Source: an uncultured Planctomycetales bacterium (GTDB taxonomy: Bacteria > Omnitrophota > Gorgyraeia > Zapsychrales > JAHFFX01). From it: a stretch of 64,000 nt of DNA. Below the pieces are notes generated by a model, which saw nothing but the letters and a program-made list of their open reading frames with translations, ran no database searches and was not told where the DNA came from. Of this stretch, positions 19,387-28,372 are shown in pieces. Numbering within the stretch: position 1 is the first letter of the stretch; each line of letters opens with the position of its first letter. The translations under genes and the position numbers were made by a program. The DNA lies in assembly GCA_964612665.1 (NCBI GenBank), contig CAZTCI010000004.1, positions 14,376 to 78,375 of the forward strand. The letters run 5' to 3'.

Positions 19387-20424
19387 ATGCAAATTAGAAT
19401 CATAGTTTTTTCAGTTTTTATCTTCTCAATTGTTGGTTTACAGCAAGTCTACGCTGATAACCAGTCGAGGGATGCCGAAAGTTTGTCTGGAACTGCTGTT
19501 AAGAAATTAAGTGAACTGGAACTGGCCAGGCAAAGACAGGCTGAGCGCCAAGCTAGCCTGGCGCTTAATACACCGGCTAAAAATGAAAACATTGTTCATT
19601 CATCGACGAAGAAAAGCCCGTCTGTAAATGCTGTTTCAGAAAAAGAAGATTCCCCAAAAGAACCTGCCGAAGCAACGAAGGTTAATATCGCGGAGCAGCA
19701 AAAAGTTGAAAGCGCGCAAAAAGATTCTGAGCCGCCGACACTTGAAGAAACACGTTTGACGATGGACAAATGGATCGAAACTCAGCAAATCATTTCGAAA
19801 GAACGCAAAGACTGGCAGCAAGGTAAAGAAATTTTGCAAAGCCGTTTAGAGTTAGTCAAAAAAGAAATCGCGGCACTCGAAGATAAAATCAAGGAAGCCA
19901 AATCCAGCGTGGTGGAATCCGACAAAAAACGCGATGAGCTCAATGGTCAAAACGACGAATTTAAATCTGCGGGTGATCAATTGACCAAAGCGGTGACTCA
20001 AATGGAAAGCGATGTCCGACGGTTGTTTAAACAACTCCCCGATCCGATTCAATCCAAACTTCAGCCGCTGTTTCAGCGAATTCCAGAAAATCCCGAGAAG
20101 ACCAAAGTCTCAACCGCCGAGCGGTTTCAAAACGTTTTTGGAATCTTAAATGAAGTGAATAAAGCCAACAGCGAAATCACGGTCAATTACGAAGTTCATA
20201 ACCTCTCCGACGGGAAACCAGCTGAAGTTAAAGCCGTTTATATTGGTCTAGGGCAGGCCTATTATCTTGGTGCTGGCGGTGAAGCTGGCATTGGACGTCC
20301 GTCGCCGGATGGTTGGAAATGGGAAGCCTCAAATTCCGGCGGCCGCGATATTTCAACGGCCTTAGAAATCCTAGAAGGAAAACAAAAACCGGCCTTTGTG
20401 CCATTAGCGGTGAAACTTCAATGA
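19387..20424 (+). CDS. Periplasmic coiled-coil protein, DUF3450/TtpB-like component of TonB2-type systems
   Basis: Signal peptide and a long Glu/Lys/Gln-rich coiled-coil region. It sits immediately upstream of, and is translationally coupled (ATGA) to, a large MotA/ExbB-family protein, as in Vibrio TonB2 clusters. Confidence 0.5.
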   Translation: MQIRIIVFSVFIFSIVGLQQVYADNQSRDAESLSGTAVKKLSELELARQRQAERQASLALNTPAKNENIVHSSTKKSPSVNAVSEKEDSPKEPAEATKVNIAEQQKVESAQKDSEPPTLEETRLTMDKWIETQQIISKERKDWQQGKEILQSRLELVKKEIAALEDKIKEAKSSVVESDKKRDELNGQNDEFKSAGDQLTKAVTQMESDVRRLFKQLPDPIQSKLQPLFQRIPENPEKTKVSTAERFQNVFGILNEVNKANSEITVNYEVHNLSDGKPAEVKAVYIGLGQAYYLGAGGEAGIGRPSPDGWKWEASNSGGRDISTALEILEGKQKPAFVPLAVKLQ

Positions 20425-21884
20425 GCAGACTCCCTAAAAATTTTATCGAAACCCTCATGGCTTTATTTTTTCTCTTGTGTTTTAACGTTCTGAGTTTTGC
20501 CGAACAAAACTCGAGCGACACAATGAATCGGCTGTCCAATTCGGCCAAACAAGAACTGGACAAAAGCATTCAAGAACTTAATCAGCTGCGCGACAGAATA
20601 TCGACGGAAAAATTGCCGATGGCCAAAGACCTAACAGCCTCCGAAGATAAGCTTAATCAGTTGCGAAAAGATTATGAAAAAACCACGCGATTGGTGGATG
20701 CCGGCAATCTTGAGTTAACAATGATCAAGGCGGAAATGAAAGCGCGGCAGGATGAATTAACTTACGTCGGGAACTTGCTCGATGAGTACGCCCGCACATT
20801 TGAATCGAAAGTCAACGTGAGTGAACTTCAATATTATGGAAAAGATTTAGACACCGCCAAGCAAGCCGCGGAAAACACAACATTATCAATGGCCGAGAAA
20901 TTTTCGCGGCAAATTGATTTTGCGAATATTTCTATCAAACGTTTATTTGATGTGATCGGCGGCATGCGTTTTCCAGGTACAGCCGTTGACATTCAAGGCC
21001 GCGTTGAAGACGGACAATTTGTGATCGTTGGGCCGGTCGCGTTATTCCATGGCCAAGATGGTGGCGCGGGGCTCGTCATTTCGCAATCTGGTTCCAGCAA
21101 ACCGCTCGTTCGTCCGTTAGAAGGTTCGATGCAAACTGGTTTGATTAATTTGGTGGATAATGGCGAAGGTGTTTTGCCGCTCGACCCGTCGAGAGGTGGA
21201 GCGCTCAAAGCCTTGGTGCAAAAAACAAGTTTGATTAAAATTTTTAAAAAGGGCGGACCGATTATGTGGCCGCTTTTATTCGCCGCCGCTTTGGCGCTGC
21301 TTACTGTTCTCGAACGCCTTTTCTTTTTAATCAATGAACAACGCAAACGGGATCCGCAAGCTATGGACAAATTTTTTGGAGCGGTGGCCGATGGTAATAC
21401 CGATGCGGCGATTGGTATCAGTAAGGCATCGAAGTTTTATGTGGTGCGCGCGCTGAGTTACGCATTGTCACATCGTGAGAAATCTTTGCCGAACGCTTTG
21501 TTATATGCTCAAGAACAGGAGCTCAAACGTTTCCGTCGAGGAATTCCGATTTTAGATACTGTTATTACGCTGGCACCATTACTTGGGTTGCTTGGAACAG
21601 TGACCGGCATGATGGGATCATTTTCGCTTCTCGGCGGAGAATTAAGTTCTCCCGGAGCCATTACAGGCGGCATTGCGGAAGCGCTCATTGCAACCGCGTT
21701 CGGGTTAACCATTGCGATCACCGCGCTTATTCCATTCAATTACCTCAACACGCAAATGGAAGAAGCGCGCATCGAAATGGAATCCGCCGCAGCCCAATTA
21801 GAATTATTAGTGCATCCACCGACGAGCCAGGTTGTTGAAGCGGCCCAAACCATTCAGCATCGTCAATTGATTAAGGAGAAATAA
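20421..21884 (+). CDS. TtpC-like large MotA/TolQ/ExbB-family protein (periplasmic coiled-coil N-domain + ExbB channel domain)
   Basis: Start taken at MSRLPKNF…, which overlaps the upstream stop; the longest ORF begins at 20313. The first ~300 aa are a signal/TM plus a helical periplasmic domain. The C-terminal ~190 aa carry the ExbB core (…PLLGLLGTVTGMMGSFS…GIAEALIATAFGL…) and are near-identical to the ExbB at 23130..24071. Confidence 0.7.
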   Translation: MSRLPKNFIETLMALFFLLCFNVLSFAEQNSSDTMNRLSNSAKQELDKSIQELNQLRDRISTEKLPMAKDLTASEDKLNQLRKDYEKTTRLVDAGNLELTMIKAEMKARQDELTYVGNLLDEYARTFESKVNVSELQYYGKDLDTAKQAAENTTLSMAEKFSRQIDFANISIKRLFDVIGGMRFPGTAVDIQGRVEDGQFVIVGPVALFHGQDGGAGLVISQSGSSKPLVRPLEGSMQTGLINLVDNGEGVLPLDPSRGGALKALVQKTSLIKIFKKGGPIMWPLLFAAALALLTVLERLFFLINEQRKRDPQAMDKFFGAVADGNTDAAIGISKASKFYVVRALSYALSHREKSLPNALLYAQEQELKRFRRGIPILDTVITLAPLLGLLGTVTGMMGSFSLLGGELSSPGAITGGIAEALIATAFGLTIAITALIPFNYLNTQMEEARIEMESAAAQLELLVHPPTSQVVEAAQTIQHRQLIKEK

Positions 21885-21885
21885 C

Positions 21886-22305
21886 ATGCATGGCCCATCC
21901 AGCGGCACACGAAAACGCGCGCGGATTGAAATCATTCCACTCATTGATATCATCTTTTTTCTTTTGGCGACCTTCATCATGGTGTCTTTGTCGATGTCGA
22001 AGAATCAAGGCGTTCAAGTGGCTCTACCGACGGCAAGCACAGCAGCTTCGCTTGGCGATCAACAGGATATAGAAAAAGCGGTGACGCTGAGTGTGACCGC
22101 TAAAGGCGATGTTTTTTATAACAAAGAAAAAATCACAATCGCGCAATTGCCGCTCAAACTCCAGACACTCAAATCCACCTCCAAAGATCCGAAAATTATT
22201 ATTAATAGTGACGCCGGAGCCGATTTTAAATATGTTGTCGCGGTTTTAGATGAGGTACGCAAAATTGGGATCGGAAAAGTCGGCATTAACACGGATAAGA
22301 AATGA
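21886..22305 (+). CDS. exbD: Biopolymer transport protein ExbD/TolR
   Basis: 139 aa. Basic N-terminus and single TM (IPLIDIIFFLLATFIMV) followed by a periplasmic domain, which is canonical ExbD/TolR architecture. Confidence 0.85.
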   Translation: MHGPSSGTRKRARIEIIPLIDIIFFLLATFIMVSLSMSKNQGVQVALPTASTAASLGDQQDIEKAVTLSVTAKGDVFYNKEKITIAQLPLKLQTLKSTSKDPKIIINSDAGADFKYVVAVLDEVRKIGIGKVGINTDKK

Positions 22306-23123
22306 AAATCAATTCTTCCGCACTCGCGCTGTCTACCGATGTTGCTGGACACACCAATGCTTTTTCTTCAAAGGTGTACAAAACCGATTTCCGACGGAAG
22401 AATTCGAAAAAAGGATTCCCGGGTTGGCTTGGTTTATTTTTAGGAATTGTTTGCGCAGTTTTGATTCATCTGGGTTTTCTTTTATTCGGCGGTTCATTAC
22501 TTATTCCTCATAAGAAAGATCAAGGAACGTTGCAGCAGGTGGAACTGCTTAGCGAGAACGATATAAAAGAAAAAAAAGAACCGGAGATTAAAAAAGAAGA
22601 AGAGATCAAACCGGAAGAAGAGAAAGTTCCTGACCCCAGCGAAATCATCAAAAAAATGGAAGAGCCTGCGGTGAATAATGCGCCGGCTTTGGAAGCCGTC
22701 AGTTTAAGTGCCATTGAAGCCGCGTTGAATGGTCAAGGCGGCAGCGGAGATTTTTCCGAGGCGTTGAGTTTTGCATCCGGCGGGCGGATCGGAGGGACAG
22801 GCAAAGGCGGCGTTCTCGACGGTAATCTAGACAATGCTTTTAGTTTATCTGAAATTGATCAGAAGCCTCGCGCTGTTTTTCAATCACCGCCGGTTTATCC
22901 AGCGGGAATGCATGGCCGTAAAAGCGAAGATGTGGTAAGCGTTATTTTTATTGTAGATCCATCCGGCAGAGTCACGAACCCGCGGGTTGAAAAATCAACC
23001 GACGCCGCGTTTGAGAATCCGGCGTTAGATGCGGTTAAGAGGTGGAAATTTGAACCGGCGGTTAAAGGCGGCAAGCGCGTCGCCTGCAAAATGCGCGTGC
23101 CCATCCGGTTCCAACCGAGGTAA
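22302..23123 (+). CDS. tonB: Energy transducer TonB
   Basis: N-terminal TM anchor (…LGLFLGIVCAVLIHLGFLLFGG), a Glu/Lys/Pro-rich spacer (EKKEPEIKKEEEIKPEEEKVPDP), and a C-terminal TonB_C domain (…VVSVIFIVDPSGRVTNPRVEKS…DAVKRWKFEPA…). ATGA-coupled to exbD. Confidence 0.85.
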   Translation: MKINSSALALSTDVAGHTNAFSSKVYKTDFRRKNSKKGFPGWLGLFLGIVCAVLIHLGFLLFGGSLLIPHKKDQGTLQQVELLSENDIKEKKEPEIKKEEEIKPEEEKVPDPSEIIKKMEEPAVNNAPALEAVSLSAIEAALNGQGGSGDFSEALSFASGGRIGGTGKGGVLDGNLDNAFSLSEIDQKPRAVFQSPPVYPAGMHGRKSEDVVSVIFIVDPSGRVTNPRVEKSTDAAFENPALDAVKRWKFEPAVKGGKRVACKMRVPIRFQPR

Positions 23124-23129
23124 CTCAAA

Positions 23130-24071
23130 ATGAAAAGAATTGAACCCATTGAAAAATTTATTCGACCTAAACCTGCCACCCGACGGAGTTGGCGGCGCTC
23201 GCCCGGAATGGTCGCTTTGCTTCCTTGTCTGGTCGTTTTTATTCTGGCCGGCATTTGCCGGGCCAGTAATCAAGCCGCAGTTGTTAATCAGAGCAGTGCA
23301 TCTGAAAATTTAGGAGAAACATTAAAGACGGTTACCGGGAACGCAAGCCTCATTGATGTTTTTAAAAAAGGCGGACCGGTCATGTGGCCGTTATTGTTAG
23401 CGTCGATCCTTGCCCAAGGGACTGTAATTGAACGTATAACTTTTTTAATTAATGAACAGCGTAAACGAGATCCACAGGCTGTAAAAGATTTTTTTAGCGC
23501 GGTTGGTCAGGGTCATTTGCAGCAAGCCATTTTAATCAGCGAGGCATCGGAGTTTTATATTCTGCGTGTGTTGGGCTACGCGCTTACGCATAGTAAAAAG
23601 TCATTAGCCAATGCGCTCGTGTATGCGCAAGAAGAAGAGATGAAACGTTATCGACGAGGAATTTCCATTTTAGATACGGTCATCACCTTGGCGCCGCTTC
23701 TCGGCTTGCTAGGGACGGTGACCGGTATGATGGGATCATTTTCGTTGATCGGTGGAGAATTAAGCGCACCCGGTGCGATTACCGGCGGCATCGCTGAGGC
23801 GCTTATCGCGACAGCCTTCGGCTTAGGTATCGCCATCACCGGTTTAATTCCATTCAATTTACTTAATACAAAGATGGAAGAAGCGCGGCTCGAATTAGAA
23901 TCGGCTTCAACTCAATTAGAAATGCTGATGCAGCCTTTTATGCAACCAGCGCCGGAAACTCCCGCGCCCGTCGCAGAAGTTGTGAGCGTCTCCACCCCGA
24001 TTGCGCTCCGTCCTGTTTTTGATAAACCGGTTTTGAATTCTGTTGAATCGCAGTCTTTGAATTTAAGCTAA
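23130..24071 (+). CDS. exbB: MotA/TolQ/ExbB proton-channel protein
   Basis: The ExbB core is almost identical to the C-terminal half of the 20421..21884 product (GGPVMWPLL…INEQRKRDPQAV…PLLGLLGTVTGMMGSFSLIGGELSAPGAITGGIAEALIATAFGL…). Confidence 0.85.
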   Translation: MKRIEPIEKFIRPKPATRRSWRRSPGMVALLPCLVVFILAGICRASNQAAVVNQSSASENLGETLKTVTGNASLIDVFKKGGPVMWPLLLASILAQGTVIERITFLINEQRKRDPQAVKDFFSAVGQGHLQQAILISEASEFYILRVLGYALTHSKKSLANALVYAQEEEMKRYRRGISILDTVITLAPLLGLLGTVTGMMGSFSLIGGELSAPGAITGGIAEALIATAFGLGIAITGLIPFNLLNTKMEEARLELESASTQLEMLMQPFMQPAPETPAPVAEVVSVSTPIALRPVFDKPVLNSVESQSLNLS

Positions 24072-24083
24072 TGGAAAACAGAT

Positions 24084-25520
24084 ATGCAAAAAGTGCAATT
24101 ATTAAAATTTAACCGAATGACAAGGAAGTTTGTAAGCTTGATTTCAATCTTGGGAATTAGTGTTCTTTTTTCGACGTCAAGCCATGCCACGATCTCGACG
24201 GCATCATCCGTTTCTGAAACGACTCATGCAGATTTAGATAATATCTGGAATGACCCGGTTTTCAAAAAACAATTCATCGGTGCCTACGGTATTAATGCAG
24301 AACTAGAGCCGCGGGTGACACCCGAAGAAGTTGCGATTTTAGAAAAAATTCGGCCAATGATGGCGGAAGATTTGCCGAAGGCGGAGCTTACACTTAAAAA
24401 ACAGATGAAGCCGGATTGTTCGGCGATTCTGGATTTCACATTAGGCGGGATTCAATTTCAGCAAGACAACATGAAGGAAGCACTTGAGAATTATCAGAAG
24501 GCTGCTACAAAATTCCCAAGTTTCCGTCGAGCTTGGCGCAATCTTGGACTGATCCATGTTCGTAATGGGAAGTATGATGATGCGATCAATGCTTTTACCA
24601 AGATGATCGAACTCGGCGGAGGCGATGCGTATTCTTACGGACTTCTTGGATTTGCTTACGCGTCGAAACAAGATTATCAAGCGGCTGAGGCCGCGTATCG
24701 AAACGCGCTTTTGCTTCAGCCGGATAATACCGAATGGCGGCTGGGTTTAACGCGCTGTGTTTTCAAACAGCAAAAGTTTGAAGACGCGGTGACGCTGCTT
24801 GAAGTTTTGATTGACCGCTATCCTGAGAAGACGGATTTTTGGCTGCTGCAGGCGCAGGCTTATTTGGGAATGAAACAACCGTTAAAAGCGGCGCAGGATC
24901 TGCAAGCGATCGATAGTCTCGGCAAATCGACCGTCGATAGTTTAAACACGCTCGGTGATATTTGTTTAAGTGAAAATTTGATGGATTTGGCGGTGGATGC
25001 TTACAAACGGGCGATTGATGCGGATGTTAAAAAGTCGCTCGCACGGCCGTTTCAATCTGCTGACATGTTAGCGAGCCGCGGCGCACTTGCGCAGGCAAAG
25101 CAACTCACCGATCATATCCGCGATGTTTTTAGTAAAGACATGGCTGAAGCTGACCGCCGCAAACTTTTAAAACTCGAAGCGCGTTTAAGCATGGCCGATG
25201 GCGGCGGGACTGCGGAAACCGCCAAGGTCTTGGAAGAAATCTTAAAACTCGATCCGCTCGACGGCGAAACGCTAATGCTTCTTGGCCAATACTATAATAG
25301 TCAGAATGAACCTGACAAAGCAATCTTCTATTATGAACGTGCTGAAAGTTTGGATGCGTATGAAGTCAAAGCTAAACTGCGTCACGCGCAAGTTTTGATC
25401 GGCCTTGGCCGGTATACGGATGCTGTTCCGCTTTTGCGCCGCGCGCAGGAAGTCAAACCCAACGAAGACATCGCCCGTTACATCGAACAAGTCGAACGCA
25501 TCGCCAAAACCCGCCATTGA
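24084..25520 (+). CDS. Secreted TPR-repeat protein (TtpD-position component of the TonB2-type cluster)
   Basis: Signal peptide followed by multiple TPR motifs (…AWRNLGLIHVRNGKYDDAINAFTKMIELGG…AYSYGLLGFAYASKQDYQAAEAAYRNALLLQPDN…). Confidence 0.7.
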   Translation: MQKVQLLKFNRMTRKFVSLISILGISVLFSTSSHATISTASSVSETTHADLDNIWNDPVFKKQFIGAYGINAELEPRVTPEEVAILEKIRPMMAEDLPKAELTLKKQMKPDCSAILDFTLGGIQFQQDNMKEALENYQKAATKFPSFRRAWRNLGLIHVRNGKYDDAINAFTKMIELGGGDAYSYGLLGFAYASKQDYQAAEAAYRNALLLQPDNTEWRLGLTRCVFKQQKFEDAVTLLEVLIDRYPEKTDFWLLQAQAYLGMKQPLKAAQDLQAIDSLGKSTVDSLNTLGDICLSENLMDLAVDAYKRAIDADVKKSLARPFQSADMLASRGALAQAKQLTDHIRDVFSKDMAEADRRKLLKLEARLSMADGGGTAETAKVLEEILKLDPLDGETLMLLGQYYNSQNEPDKAIFYYERAESLDAYEVKAKLRHAQVLIGLGRYTDAVPLLRRAQEVKPNEDIARYIEQVERIAKTRH

Positions 25521-25523
25521 CCT

Positions 25524-25553
25524 GCCCAACCCCGGGGGTTGGGGTGGTGTTCG
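25524..25553 (+). terminator. Stem-loop (possible terminator) after the TPR gene
   Basis: cccaaccccgggggttgggg perfect GC-rich palindrome directly after the stop at 25520. The T-run is weak (…tgttcgccgatttcat), so it is an incomplete intrinsic terminator. Confidence 0.4.
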
Positions 25554-25639
25554 CCGATTTCATAGTATTTTTATATCACCTTCATACAAAACCAACAATC
25601 GCTTGTTAAGCTTCTGTCCATAAAGTTATCAATACTTCT

Positions 25640-26764
25640 ATGGACTTAACCGTTATCTCCACATACCGCTGCAACTCAAAATGCCAGATGTGCTACATTT
25701 GGCAGAACCCAACCGATTCTAGAGAAGAAATTTCCCCCGAGACACTTTCTAAACTTCCCGCAGGCTTTGACAACCTAAATGTTTCCGGTGGTGAACCAAC
25801 GCTGCGTCAAGATTTGCCGGAAATCATCGATATTCTTTATCCGAAGGCGCGGATCATGGAGATCAGCTCTAATGGTCTTTTCCCTGAGCGCCTTCTTCCC
25901 ATTATAAAAAAATATCCCAATATTAAAGTTCGATTTTCCATCGAGGGTGACGAGTTAACTAATAACCACATCCGCGGTGAGGTTGATGGATTTAATATCA
26001 AGGTCAATGGTCTGCGTAAACTTAAAGAAGCGGGCGGGACAGATCTTGGTTTCGCGATGGTCATTCAAGATGAAAATGCTTCGCAGCTCGTCAGCGTCTA
26101 TGAAATGGCCCGGTCGATGGGCGTTGAATTGTCCACCTCGACGCTGCATAACGCTTGGCAATTTCACAAAAACGATAATCACTTTTATAACCGTTTGAAG
26201 GTCGCTAAAAAAGTCGAAAAGTTAATCACCGCTATGTTGAAGACGAACAATATCAAAAATTGGTTCCGGGGCTATTTGAATCTCGGACTCATTAAAAAGA
26301 TTCTTGGTCAAAACCGTCTACTCCTGTGTACGGCCGGAACCAATTTTATGTTTATTGATCCGTGGTCCGATGTGTGGGCCTGTAATGTGCGTACGGATTT
26401 GCCGATGGGAAACCTTAAACATCAAAGCTGGGAAGAAATTGTTTTAAGCGAAACCGCCGAACAAAGCCGCAAGAAAGTCGCACATTGCCAACAAAACTGC
26501 TGGATGGTCACAACCGCCCGCACTGCGATGCGCTCGACGGTATTTCCGATGCTGCCCAAACTCCAGCCGCTTTTGTGGGTCCTTGAAAATAAAATCAAGG
26601 TGAGTTTAGGAATGGACGTCGCCTTTGACCAATACATTAATTATGCGGATGTCAAAGCGAGTCCACAGATTCCGAGAACATCTTTTCTCAATAAATCATT
26701 CAAATCCAGGATCCAGCGAGCCATCGATCCGCATTACATCTTAAAGGAGTTTTACAACCGATGA
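25640..26764 (+). CDS. Radical SAM enzyme with C-terminal SPASM/twitch-type auxiliary Cys cluster
   Basis: CxxxCxxC at residues ~11-18 (YRCNSKCQMCYIW) with a downstream 'VSGGEPTL' glycine-rich SAM motif. The C-terminal cysteines are …LLCTAGTNFMFIDPWSDVWACNVR…AHCQQNCWMV. Translationally coupled (ATGA) to the following glycosyltransferase. Confidence 0.8.
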   Translation: MDLTVISTYRCNSKCQMCYIWQNPTDSREEISPETLSKLPAGFDNLNVSGGEPTLRQDLPEIIDILYPKARIMEISSNGLFPERLLPIIKKYPNIKVRFSIEGDELTNNHIRGEVDGFNIKVNGLRKLKEAGGTDLGFAMVIQDENASQLVSVYEMARSMGVELSTSTLHNAWQFHKNDNHFYNRLKVAKKVEKLITAMLKTNNIKNWFRGYLNLGLIKKILGQNRLLLCTAGTNFMFIDPWSDVWACNVRTDLPMGNLKHQSWEEIVLSETAEQSRKKVAHCQQNCWMVTTARTAMRSTVFPMLPKLQPLLWVLENKIKVSLGMDVAFDQYINYADVKASPQIPRTSFLNKSFKSRIQRAIDPHYILKEFYNR

Positions 26765-27960
26765 AAATCATTGTCCTAGGCACCCGAGGTTTTCCGAACA
26801 TTCAAGGCGGCGTTGAGAAGCATTGTGAAGAGCTTTACCCGAGGCTGGCGGCCCTTGGCTGTGATGTAATAGTGATTGGCCGAGCACCGTACACAGGTTC
26901 CGAATCCTATCAGCATAAAGGCGTTATAATTCTCCCGATTCAGTGTCCAAAACATAAATTTTTGGAAGCATTCCTTCATACCTTTCTGGGAATTTTTAAA
27001 GCCAAACAATTGAAAGCGGACGTTGTGCATATTCATGCGATCGGCCCGTCGCTGTTCGTGCCGCTCGCGCGTTTATTAGGATTGAAAGTGGTTGTAACGC
27101 ATCATGGACCGGATTATGAACGAAAGAAATGGAATAAATTCGCGAAAGCTGTTTTGAAATTTGGTGAACGATTAGGTGCGACATATGCGCATCAAGTCAT
27201 TGCGATTTCCCGCGGGATCGCCGAGTCTTTGCGCCACGAGTTCGGCCGGGAAGCGACCGTGATTCCCAATGGCGTTGTAGTTACTGATCGTTCCAATGAA
27301 GAGAAAATGCTTAAACGCTACGAACTCGAACGGGGAAAATATATTCTTGCCGTCGGGCGTTTTGTTCCCGAAAAAGGATTTAACGAATTGGTCGAAAGCT
27401 TTCATCAATTTTCATCAGCCGATCCCGCGCCGCGCAACCGATGTAAACTGGTCATCGTCGGCGACGCAGATCACGAAGATGAATTTAGCCGGCAACTTAA
27501 AAAAAGGAGCAGCAACATTCCGGACGTCGTTCTGACGGGTTTTCAAAACGGAAAATCGCTGCAAGAACTTTACAGCCATGCCGGCCTTTTTGTTTTGCCG
27601 TCTTTTCACGAAGGACTGCCGATTGTCTTATTAGAAGCGATGAGTTATGGCTCGTCGTGTTTGGTTTCGGATATTCCGGCCAATCGTGAAGTTGCGTTGG
27701 AAGAGTCGAGGTATTTTAAACCTGGCGATATTAATCTGATGAGTCAGAAGTTCAAAGAATTTTTGAATCAACCCACGACGGAAGAAATCCGTCAAAAACA
27801 AATTCAGCATATTAACGATAAGTACAACTGGACACAGATCACTAAAAAAACTTTGGAAGTGTATGAAACCACCTTATTACAATCGCGTAACAGCTTTTTA
27901 GCAAAATTGCTAAAAGAAAAACTATTTTTGATCAAGACCATTCCATTAAAGTCTTCTTGA
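26761..27960 (+). CDS. Glycosyltransferase family 4 (GT-B)
   Basis: The N-terminal MKIIVLGTRGFPNIQGGVEKHCEELY is the GT4 N-domain. The C-domain carries …LVIVGD…FVLPSFHEGLPIVLLEAMSYGSSCLVSDIPANREV… (E-X7-E type). Confidence 0.8.
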   Translation: MKIIVLGTRGFPNIQGGVEKHCEELYPRLAALGCDVIVIGRAPYTGSESYQHKGVIILPIQCPKHKFLEAFLHTFLGIFKAKQLKADVVHIHAIGPSLFVPLARLLGLKVVVTHHGPDYERKKWNKFAKAVLKFGERLGATYAHQVIAISRGIAESLRHEFGREATVIPNGVVVTDRSNEEKMLKRYELERGKYILAVGRFVPEKGFNELVESFHQFSSADPAPRNRCKLVIVGDADHEDEFSRQLKKRSSNIPDVVLTGFQNGKSLQELYSHAGLFVLPSFHEGLPIVLLEAMSYGSSCLVSDIPANREVALEESRYFKPGDINLMSQKFKEFLNQPTTEEIRQKQIQHINDKYNWTQITKKTLEVYETTLLQSRNSFLAKLLKEKLFLIKTIPLKSS

Positions 27961-28315
27961 AATATTTTTAGACCTATCCAACCTCTTCACGAAATTCTTC
28001 ACATCCGCATTATGTTTTTCTCATTCTAATTTAACCAACATTTAAAATAGAATTAACCTGCCGCATAATAAATTTTAACAACCCCGTTTTACATTTCCGT
28101 ATGATCATTTATTCTTTAAAAGCATTTCCCGTCGTTGAAGATGTGTTTTAATAAAATTTATTCAGGATTTTTAAAGTTTAAACGGGCTGGCCTTTATCAT
28201 CCAACTAACGCCCATCGCTGATCCCGGTCGTTTCTTTACAGAAGCAAATTCCGAACCAAAGTTAAGTTACTATAATCCTAATTAAGTAGGAAAGACGGCT
28301 GTCTTCCTCAAGTCT

Positions 28316-28352
28316 AAAAAACCCTGACCAGTTGGCTGATCAGGGTTTTTTG
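28316..28352. terminator. Bidirectional rho-independent terminator
   Basis: aaaaaa-ccctgaccag-ttgg-ctgatcaggg-tttttt. The A-run and T-run flanks allow function on both strands. It lies between the + GT4 gene and the convergent minus-strand paralog 1 (stop 28373). Confidence 0.75.
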
Positions 28353-28372
28353 ACGGGCATTAGAGAATATTT

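Noticed and set aside
20313-25520. MotA/ExbB-family clusters, considered as a possible Zorya-type anti-phage defence system
   Set aside because: Canonical TonB, ExbD and TPR partners are present (Ton-type organisation). There is no ZorC/ZorD-like gene, nuclease or helicase nearby, and the 40168 cluster is also linked to ExbD rather than a MotB-type peptidoglycan-binding stator.
25405-25623. 72-aa ORF just upstream of the radical SAM gene, considered as a possible RiPP precursor peptide
   Set aside because: Two-thirds of it overlaps the 3' end of the TPR gene (24084..25520) in another frame. It has no RBS, and its product is low-complexity (Pro/Ser/Lys-rich) rather than a leader-plus-core peptide. 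The intergenic 25521-25639 stretch contains no start codon.
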